From Mobula hypostoma (taxonomy: Eukaryota), in contig NC_086097.1 of assembly GCF_963921235.1 (NCBI RefSeq), forward strand, positions 188,048,001-188,112,000: a stretch of DNA of 64,000 nucleotides. Direction: 5' to 3'. Shown piece after piece: positions 52,075 through 62,645 of the stretch (positions within the stretch are counted from its first letter, which is position 1; each line of letters opens with the position of its first letter). Below the pieces are notes generated by a model. That model saw only the letters and a program-made list of their open reading frames with translations. It was not told the DNA's origin and did not search any database. The translations under genes and the position numbers were made by a program.

Positions 52075-53745
52075 TAGTTCAAGTTTATTACCATTCAACT
52101 GTACACGTGTATACAGCTAAATGTTCTTCTAGGACCAAGGTGCAAAACACAGTACATATATCACATACCGCACATAAAATATTAACACATCAATATTAAC
52201 AGATAAAAAATATTCTGTAGATGCACAGTACAGGTTGACATAAAGTAGTCATCCAACATACAGATAAATATACAACAGTATAATGTTATCTGCGCTGTCA
52301 TAAGCAACGTGTACTGGGTGGTAGCTGAGTGTTCAGAAATTTCACAGCCTGTGGAATGAAGCTGTTACTGATCCTAATAATCCTTGTTCATAAATTATGG
52401 TATCTTCTGCCTGATGGTAGAAGGTCAAAGAGACTGTGGGATGGATGGGAAGGGTACTTTACAATGCTCCACACTCTGCAAATGCAGTACTTCTGGTATA
52501 TGTCCTGGATTGCAGGTTGTGGGGAGGGGGGCGGTGGAATAGAGACCCCGATGATTCTTTCAGCAGTCCTCACAATCTCTTGCAGGGTCTTGCAATCAGA
52601 TACCTTGCAATTCCCAGAAAGGCAGATATACGTAACAGAGATACAGTTGGTCAGTATACCGTTGATCAAAGACCCCTGGTGTGAAGACCTGTTGTACCTT
52701 CTGAGTTAGGTTCTCCCACTTTGGTCCTCAGCTGGCACTTAGCTCTCACCTGTGGCTCCAAGTAAGCTGTTTGCATGCGACAGCGGCCATTCCCCAAACA
52801 ACAGTATCAACAGGTCGCCCAAACCAGGTAAGTTTAGCTGTCAGGGGTTTTTTTTGACCCCTTGGTGACCTAGGACTTACCTACCCAAAGCAAGTGAAGA
52901 TTGGATTCAGCTGACTGTGCAGAGGAAACCACCAGCGGGTTCAACAGGCAGGAAGATATTTCCCAGCGTGTGTTGTGGAGCGCGAAGAGCACAGCAAGAC
53001 ATATAGATTACCCTGGTCATCCACTGCATCCTGACCCATATCCAGTCATCTTGACTCTCGTCTTGCCACTGAATCCAGATAGACTAGGATGAGAGTGAGG
53101 TTGTCGGCTCTCCCTCATTTTAATCAAACTCACACAAAAATCACGACATCTAAAAAGGATGTCAATGGTCCTTATTGCTCACGCTGGACTCACATATACA
53201 CACTCCGATGGTGCTCCAGAAGAACGTGGTTAAAATGGGGATGCAATCGCCTCAGGAAATAGAAGTGCTACTGTGCTCTGTTGACTAAAGAGCTGGTGTT
53301 GAGAGACCAGGTGAGATCTCCAAGATGTACACTCCAAGAAACTTGATGCTCCTGACCCTCTCCACAGAGGAACCATTGATGTGTAGTATATGTGGTCAGC
53401 CTGCACCTTCCTGAAGTCCACAGTCATCTCTTCAGTCTAGTCCACATTGAGATTTATGTTGTTGCGTTCACACCAGACCATAAGCTACCGGCTCATCATT
53501 CTTGCTGATGAGGCCAACTACTATTGTGACATCAGCAAACGTAAAGATGTTCTTACAGCTGGATGTAGCAATATAGTCATGCATCAACAGTGTGAACAGC
53601 AGTGGGCTGAGCACACAGCTCTGGAAGGTGCCAATGCTCAGTGTGATGGAGCTAGACATGTTGTTGCCACCATGGACTGTCTGAGGTCTCTCCATCAAGA
53701 AGCCCAAGAACCAGATATAGAGGGAGGTGTTGAGACCCAACAAGA
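52075..53745 (-). mobile_element. Decayed Rex1/Babar fragments (52075-52620, 53210-53745) with another repeat between them
   Basis: PSHPSHSLFDLLPSGRRY and [16 protein letters not shown] motifs on the minus strand. Confidence 0.7.
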
Positions 53746-53751
53746 CAGTTT

Positions 53752-55247
53752 AAACATAGATACATAGAAATCCTATAGCACAATACAGGCCCTTCAGCCC
53801 ACAATGCTGTGCCAAACATGTACTTACTTTAGAAATTACCTAGGGTTACCTATAGCCCTCTTTTTTTCTGAGCTCCATGTACCTATCCAAGAGTCTCTTA
53901 AAAGACCCTATTGTATCTGCCTGCACCACCGTTACTGCAGCCCATTCCATGCACTCACCATTCTGTATAAAAAAAACTTACCCCTGACATCTCCTCTGTA
54001 CCTACTTCCAAGCAACTTAAAACTGCCCTCTTGTGTTAGCCATTTTAGCCCTGGGAAAAAGCCTCTGACTATCCACACAATCAATGCCTCTCATCATCTT
54101 ATACACCTCTATCAGATCACATCTCATCCTCCATTGCTCCAAGGAGACAAGGCCAAGTTTACTCAACCTATTCTCATAACATCCTTGTAAATCTCCTCTG
54201 CACCCTTTCTACAGTTTGTACATCCTTCCTGTAGTGAGGTGACCAGAACTGTGCACAGTACTCGAGGTGGGGTCTGACCAGGTTCCTACATAGCTGTAAC
54301 ATTATCTCTCAGCTCTTGAACTCAATCCCACGGTTGATGAAGGCCAATACACTGTATGCTTTCTTAATCACACAGCCAACCTTCACAGCAGCTTTGAGTG
54401 TCCTATGGACCAGGACCCCAAGATCCCTCTGATCCTCCACACTGCCAAGAGTCTTACCATTAATACTATATTCTGCCATCACATTTGACCTACCAAAATG
54501 AACCACCTCACACCTATCTGGGTTGAACTCCATCTGCCACTTCTCAGCCCAGTTTTGCATCCTATCAATGTCCTGCTGCAACCTCTGACAGCCCTCCACA
54601 CTATCCACAACACCCCCAACCTTTGTGTCAAATTAACTAACCCATCCATCCACTTCCTCATCCAGGTCATTTATAAAAATCACGAAGAGAAGGGGTTGTA
54701 GAACAGAACCCTGAGACGCACCACTGGTCACCAACCTCCATGCAGAATATGACCCGTCTACAACCTCTCTTTGCCTTCTGTGGGCAGCCAATTCTGGATC
54801 CACAAAGCAAGGTCCCCTTGCAACCCATGCCTCCTTACTTTCTCAATAAGCCTTGCATGGGGTACCTTATCAAATGTGTTGCTGAAATCCAAATACACTA
54901 CATTTGCCTTCGTCAATATGTTTAGTCACATCCTCAAAAAAATTCAATCAGTCTCATAAGGCACAACCTGCCTTTGACAAAGCCATACTGACTATTCCTA
55001 ATCATATAATGCCTTTCCAAATGTTCATAAATCCTGCCTCTCAGGCGCTTCTCCATCAACTTACCAACCACTGAAGTAGGACTCATTGGTCTATAATTTC
55101 ATGGGCTATTTCTACTTCCTTTCTTGAATAAGGAAACAACATCTGCAACCCTCCAATCCTCCGTACCTCTCCCATCCCCACTGATGATGCAAAGATCAGT
55201 AATCCCCTCCCTTGCCTCCCACAGTAGCCTGGGGTATATCTCATCCA
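53752..55247 (-). mobile_element. CR1 fragment, same subfamily as 30984-32750
   Basis: ORF 54309-54608 DSVEGCQRLQQDIDRMQNWAEKWQMEFNPD; tail at 53752. Confidence 0.88.
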
Positions 55248-55484
55248 GTTTACCCATCACTTCTGAGGAATGATCATACTGAACGCTAAACTCAAGTTAA
55301 TAAATAGCATTCTGACGAAGGAGACACTATTTTTCAGGTGGGGCAGAACTGAGTAGACCGGTGCAATGAATTGGGCAATGTGTGTATCAGGTCTACAGAT
55401 AAATTACACTGTTTCTAACAGAGAATTTATTACCTGCCACAAAGTCATAAGAATCATATAGGATGGAAACAGGTGTCTCTAATT

Positions 55485-55564
55485 CAGGGGTTCCCAACCT
55501 GGAGTTCATGGGCCCCTCAGTTAATAGTAGGGGTCCAATGTATAAAAAAAATTGTGAATGCCTG
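55485..55564. mobile_element. 80-bp hAT/Charlie MITE inside a CR1 3' fragment (~55445-55965, minus)
   Basis: CAGGGGTTCCCAACC...GAATGCCTG ends; 8-bp flanks ctctaatt / ctctaaac. Confidence 0.7.
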
Positions 55565-56804
55565 CTCTAAACCTTCCCTATTCATATACCACATCCCATA
55601 GCTTTTTAAATGCTATTAATGCCTGCCTCAACCACTTCCTCTAACAGCTCATTCCATGTACAAGTTCCAGCTGGATGAAAACATTGCCGCTCGGGGGTTC
55701 TTTTTAAATCTATCTCGTCTTACCTTAAACCTATGCCCTCTGGTTTTTAGTTCCCCAACCCTGGGAAAAAGACTCCGTGTATTCACCCTACCTATGCCCC
55801 TCATGACTTTATACACCTCTATAAGATGAGGTCTCATTCTCCTACACTCCAATCAATAATGTCCTAGCCTATCCAATCCCTCTCTATAACTCAGTTTCTC
55901 CAGTTTTGGCAATATCCTTGTAAATCTTTTCTGCACTCTTTCCATCTTAATGGCATCTTTCCTAAAACAAATATATCATCTACACTTCTCTACACATTAA
56001 AAATATACTTTTCTTGTTCCATTTCTCATCATATCATAAATTCATTTTATAGTTGTGTATGACAAGTGGTGGTGACAAGATGAGGAACACATTCAATTTT
56101 CATAAAAACTATTTGTAAGGCTTTGGAATCCCAATACTTCTGCACTTGCCATTTATATGAAGATAGTATGATGTATTTCTGACTTAAAGGTATTAAATCA
56201 TAATGCCACTGTGATTATCTGACAACACTTGTATTTCGAAGCAATTGATCAATGCAAATCCATTGATATTTTGTCAGGTAAGGGACTACAACATTTAATT
56301 TAACATGATCCTCAACCAGAAGTCTGCCATGTCAGCCACTTTACACTCTATGTATGCTGCCCACAAGATTTAAGGATGATAAACACTAGGAAGAATATGT
56401 TAATATTATAAAATAGGGTAATCTATATGTTGCACACCTTTCATAATTGTCCATTCCATGACATCAATGCAAATATGGTTAACAGCCAGCCTGATTCTAT
56501 TTTAATTGCTAGCACTATATACATAACGATGCAGAATACTTCCTTGAAACACAAGGATCACACATAGAAAGCTTTTAATATATTATTTGTCAATATTCCA
56601 GAAGCATCAATAATGCAATAGGGTCCTTGACTAATTAAACAATGGATTCTAGGAACAGCAATAATTTTTTTCTAGAATCTTAGCCAAGAACTAGTTTCAT
56701 GATTATTGTATCCTGGAGGAAATAGTACCAAAGCACATACAATTCTGTTGTCAAGGACCAGACCTTCAGTGTTTTCTACACTTGTGTTAATTTGATTACA
56801 GTTG

Positions 56805-57930
56805 CAGACCCCAGTTAGTTTAAAGTGGCAACATCTCCTCCATAATCTCTATCAGCACAAGTTAATCACAAGGCTGTGTGCTTATCTCCTGGCTCTACTT
56901 GCTTTACCCTTATGACTGTGTGGCTCAGCAAAGTTCCAATGCCTTGTTCAAGTTTACTGATGACGCCACTGCTATTGGCCAACTCAAAGGTGGTGACAAA
57001 TTAGCATATAGGAGGGAGATTGAAATCTGGCACCCACCACAACAACCTCTTATTCTATGTCAGCAAAACCAAGGAGCTGATTATTGTCTTCAGGAGGAGG
57101 AAACTGGAGAACCATGAGTCAATCCTCATTGAGGGATCAGAGGTGGAGAGAATAAGTAACTTTAAATTCATCAGTCTTACTATTTCAGAGGATCTGTCCT
57201 GAGCCCAGCATGCAAGTGCAATTGTGAAGAAAGCGCAGCCGAGGCTCTACTTCCTTAGAAGTTTTGCGAAGATTTAGCATGATACCTAAAACTGTGACCA
57301 ACTTCTACTGATACATGATGGCGAGTACATTGACTGGGTGCATCACAGCCTAGTAATGGAAACAGCAATGCTCTTGAACAGAAAATCCTTTGTGCATCAT
57401 GCACAAAGCCCTCCACACCACTGAGCACATCTGCATGGAGAGTTGCAACAGGAAAGCGACATCCATCAACAAGGAATCCATAACCCAGGTCACGTTTTCA
57501 TGCATGGAGAGTTGCAACAGGAAAGCGACATCCATCAACAAGGAATCCATAACCCAGGTCACGTTTTCTTCTTGCTATCAGGAAGTTGTTACAAGAGCAT
57601 CAGGACTCACATCATCAGGATCAGGAACAGTTATTACCATCAAAGCTCTTGAATCAGAGGGGATAACATAACTCAGCTTCGCTTGTGAACTGTTCTCACA
57701 ACCTTTGGACTTACTATCTCATGTTCTCAATACTTCTTTATTATATCTCAAATTTTCTTTTGTATTTGCACAGTTTGTTGTGTGTTGCACATTGGTTGTT
57801 TGCCCTGTTGGGCGCAGTCTTTCATTGATTCTATCATGTTTATTGGATTGATTGAGCAAGAAAATGAATCTCAGAATTATATATGGTGACATATATGCAC
57901 TTTGATAATGAAGTTACGTTGAAGTTTGAT
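56805..57930 (+). mobile_element. Decayed Rex1/Babar 3' fragment
   Basis: KFTDD, VSKTKELI and RLYFLR motifs; Rex-type tail. Confidence 0.75.
57432..57568 (+). repeat. Perfect tandem duplication (68 bp identical, period 69)
   Basis: tgcatggagagttgcaacagg...cccaggtcacgttttc at 57432-57499 and 57501-57568. Confidence 0.95.
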
Positions 57931-59989
57931 TCACAAACTGTTTACATTTTGAATAAAAGAGTATATAACTTTCCATATAACAGATACCTTTGGAAGAGCA
58001 TAACTTTTAAGCATGTAGGTTATAAATCTTTATTCTACAAAGGAAAACTAAGATAGCATAATGTACCTTATGAAAATTCAATACTGTTCAACATATAGTT
58101 GAAGTTGGTAGATCTTGAATCTATCAAAGTAGTCTTTAATTACATCCAATGGTCCATTCATTTGCTTAAGCACTGTTAGAAAAAAGGCATATTTCTTGCT
58201 TCCTTTAATGTGGAAACAATCAATTAGCTTTTTTCTTTGCTATATCAAGACATCCCTGATCATATCATGAAAATCATTAGTTATAAACCAAAATAATGCA
58301 CGTTCTTTACACGTTAGAATGTTGTTGGTCACTGCCGCAAGTCAAAGACTCAGAAATACCAAGCTTCTCTAGAGGAAACACCTGATGTGATTTTCTTGAG
58401 GAAGTACAAATGATCACATAAATACTACACTGGCCAGAGCAAAAGTGCAGTAAAGCAAACAATAAAGTTACTGATAATCCCTTAGCTAACTGAGTAGCAT
58501 AATTGCTCAAGAATCACCTATACTTAAGAGCAACTTGCCACGTAAGCTTATTTGCCTTAAGATAGAATGACATATAAAACCATAAAGTAAAATTTTAAGA
58601 ATTCAAGGAGTAAGGGAACTCATATGTCTCTACTTCTTCTGCTTAAACAGTCAAATCATACTGAATTGGAAGGCAGAAGTCCAGTCTTGCAAGCCAGCTG
58701 GAAGAGTGCACACTGGATATAGCATAATACATGAAAATAATTAACTCAAGCTAAAATTAATGTGCTTTTTAGCAACTAACTGTCAAATTATTCAAGTATA
58801 AATTTGATTTAAGTGACTGTTTTCCTTAACTGCTGTAGACAAGCCAAACCATCTGTATGTCTCTGGCATTAGTTACAAATGAGAACACAGGTAAACCTTC
58901 TGTAATAATTAGCTGTAATAACACTTAAGTAAAATTAATTGTTGAATATAAATTTATTGTATTCAATTTTTAAAATAACATTTACAGGACTCCTCTTGGT
59001 TATCTCAAATCACTCACAGATCTCAAAATGTGGAGGCCATATGTATGCATCTAACATGGAAGCCAAGTCAGTCCAATGGTCATACTGCATACTAATAAAC
59101 TTTAATGTTGCTAGCCACTTTAAAAGCACTAATTTTATAGTTGTGGGACTACAGAAATATAGAGGCTAACGTAACAACAAAAAGCGCTGGAAGTATTCAC
59201 CAGGTCGGGTAGCATGTGTGAAGAGAAGCTTAAAATTTCAGATCATTGATTTTACATTTCATCATTGAAGCTACATATCTGCGATGACTAAAAAGCTATG
59301 TGGAACGAGGAGTCAATGAGTATCTAATCCAGAAGTGGGCTGAGCAAACACCAACAATTTTTTTATGCAGCCAAGAGGAACTTTTTTTCCGTCTGTTCAC
59401 AAAGTACATTTCTGCCTCTTCTTAATTCAGACAAGCAGCATATTAGAGTTTTAGATCAGACTGGGGCATTAACCAGAAATGTTTGTGATAATTCTGGTCC
59501 TTAAAAGCATAGGTTTGGTCAAGTGAGATTTTAAACAGTAAACATTATCAATCTCATATTAGAAAACATTGTCTAAAAAGGATAAATTTATGCAGTCCAC
59601 TTTTAATTATTTCTGGGACTAGAGGGAAGCATCTCGATAGATGTAAAAACGCAGATAATGTAAGAATCATTGAAACAGAGCAATTTAGTTTTCATTGTAT
59701 ATTAAAAGATTTATTTGAGCTATTTTACAGTGGTACCTTTTATTCTAGCTACTCAAGAACTCTAGCAATCCCATCATGATCATAACCATACATTTCCCAT
59801 TAGAGTAATTTATAGACACATTTACTAGACAAGACTTTTTTTTAAAGAATTGAACATTCCGGCACAAATAAGCTTCAAAACTTAGGAAACCTCAATCACT
59901 TTCTAAAGCCCTATTACTGTAGTTAGATATACTTACTATATTATTAATACACTACTGTCATTAATGAATTCTTATAATATCCTCTAAAG

Positions 59990-60718
59990 CAGCAGTTCTT
60001 AACCTAGGGTCCATAGACAGATTCCAGGTCGTCCATGAACATGGATGGGAACAAATTTACATCTTTGTTTTCACTAACTTCCAACTGAAACTTAGCATTT
60101 CCTTCAATTATGAATGTAGCCCGCAAACTACAGTAGTATTAGCAGTACCTGTGACCTTGTCACCAGTAGAAATCGCAGATATTTTCAAATCAAAATACAG
60201 TTGTTACAAATATCTCAAACTATCAGTTATGGCATCTTCATCACTACTTCGTAATTATAGTTATTAGAACCGCCCCCCATTAAATTTTAAATGATCGCAG
60301 TCTTTCTGTCTGCAGATGCTCACGTGACACAGTTGGCCAACTGCCAGGCAGCCCTGTGACTGGATGTCCAACATGACATGCATGTTGCTTTGTCAAAGAC
60401 CACCTCACAGTTTAATGTTCTTATTCAAGTAACAACAGACGTCACACTGATATGTCTTTAAAAATATTTAATTTCAACTTGTCTATATTTTAAATATATA
60501 GTCTTGTTATTTAATGGATGAATAAAGAAGCACATATATTACTATATCACAAATTTGCTTTTTTATGCTTTTATAAGTGTATTTCAATACAATTAGTTTC
60601 TTTTGTAATCCTATGTATTTTATTTTATATGTTTAAATACATTACTCTGAGAAGGGGTCTATAGACTTCACCAGATTGCCAAAGGGGTCCATGGCATAAA
60701 AAAGGTTAAGACCCCCTG
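59990..60718 (+). mobile_element. Non-autonomous hAT/Charlie DNA transposon (Charlie4-like)
   Basis: Terminal inverted repeats (TIRs) CAGCAGTTCTTAACC / GGTTAAGACCCCCTG; 8-bp TSD ctctaaag / atctaaag fitting the NTCTAGAN-like preference; residual transposase C-terminus LDVQHDMHVALSKTTSQFNVLI at ~60360-60430. Confidence 0.88.
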
Positions 60719-60969
60719 ATCTAAAGGAAGGCTAGTAAGCCTGAAAGTTTAAGTGATTAAAAACTACACAAGCCTTTGAAACACTTCATAATTAACCTGC
60801 GAGCCAATAAATTAACCTGATTCATTACATCGTACTCAATTTAAAGATTCTGAATCTTAGATAGAACTTCAAATCTGTTTTGCTGATTTTCTGACCTGAT
60901 ACTTATCTTCCATTTCCAGGTAACTTTACTAAAATAAATACTAAATATGTATTTTTCATTGCATTGGCA

Positions 60970-62060
60970 CAGATACAAAGATAGAAAATGCTAAGAAAAT
61001 TCATCAGGTCAGGCATCTGTACAAAAAGAAACACATTTTACACATCCAAGTCAATGACCTTTCACAAGGGTCTGGAAAAGTTCGACATTAAAATGTTTTC
61101 ATTTGCAGCAGGAAGGATACAGATGACAGAGACAATATCGATTATATAGTGGAAGCCAAAAGAGACAAATGCTGCTGGAACAAGCTGAGAGAAGACATTG
61201 CACATTTGGTATTTGCAGCTGGTTTGTCAAGAAGAGAAGTAAATTAAAGGAAATGAGGAGAGAGGTTAAAACAGAAGAGGAGTTTAAAAAAATATTGCTG
61301 CAACTGTAAGAAGCAAGAGATTGCAGTTTCTGGAAATCAGAAATATTAAAAAAGTGCTGAGAATGCTCATTAGATCAGATGGTATCTGTGCAGAATTGTA
61401 AAAATAAAGAAAATAAAGATAGCATTACAAGTAATAACCTTTCATCTGTACTAGCCAATTCTGAGACAAACTGGAATAGCTGGTTACGTTAAGATGTTGA
61501 ATTTAATGTTGAGTCGTAAGGACTATGTAGCCAAATTAAATAATGAGAAGTTCTTCTTCAAGTTTATCATGAGCTTCAATGGCATAGGGTAAGATGCCAA
61601 AAACAGAGATCAGAATGGGAAATGGAACAAAGAATTTAGGTGCTCAGTGTATTTTGGAAACACTCAGCTGGAATAAACAGTTAATTATCCTGTCTGATGA
61701 CTTTTCATCACAACTGGTCTTCAACCTCAATCGTTAACTAAGACCAAATACAGCAAACGCAATTGGAAATATTAACAGTGGATCACAGCCAACATTTTGA
61801 AGGTTCTTTATTTCCCTGAACAGTGGAAAGGGAAGAAGCAAAAAGGCACGAGCTACATCTCCCGTGGATGAACATGCCACAAAAAAGAAAGTGGACATTG
61901 GAGATTTAAAAAAAACTAGAACTGCTCATTTGGAATATTGAAAGGGGTGTGCAGCTGTGTTCTGTGATGTCATCATGTTGAAGGTTGTCAAAATGACTAA
62001 GGTTGATCATTGAAGGTAGAGATGGAAGGTGAGAATACTGGGAATCATGTTCTTGCTACC
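60970..62060 (-). mobile_element. Cluster of very old PLE 3' remnants
   Basis: Repeated aaaatgct...atcaggtcaggcatctgt...aatgacctttca tail units; weak collinearity with 48150-48780. Confidence 0.5.
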
Positions 62061-62645
62061 TGGTAGGGGATGGAAGAGGAGGGACTGGGCACCCATTATC
62101 AGAATAAACTAGATGGGCCCAGGTAATTGTAAACTGTCAAAGTTGGAGGGGTTAACAGTAATAAACTGCTGTTTCTTCTAGCTGATTTCAAAGCAGCTGA
62201 TATATTTACATTAAGTCTAACTTGCCATAGGTTTCAGTGGACAAATTTCTAAGCTTCAGTTGGAAAAGTTGCATGGGTCTGTGTTACTCATCTGGATATC
62301 AGCTAGGAAAGAATCAGCAGAATATAGATGACTGGAGGCCACAATTTAATTGCAGTGCAAGGCTGAACTTCAGCCTACGCTCAGGCCAAGTTTCTGCTTG
62401 GTTAGATACTTAAAAACACTCAATTAGATATTTAAAACGCTCCCAGCTTGCTGTGAAAATCTGTATTAAACAAAAGGAAATAATACTTAAATGGAGTAGA
62501 AATTCTGGTTATGTAAGCAGAAGATCTGAGTCATTATACAGTCCTTAAAAAGTCTTCAACACTACAAAATCTATCCATATTTTAGATTCTTGAACAGTAT
62601 TTTGGCAGTTAATGACAATAGCCAATCCTGCAACATATTAGTATT

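Noticed and set aside
58066..58172. Candidate upstream CNBD1 exon
   Set aside because: AG/GT-like flanks exist, but all frames contain stops and there is no similarity to the expected peptide.
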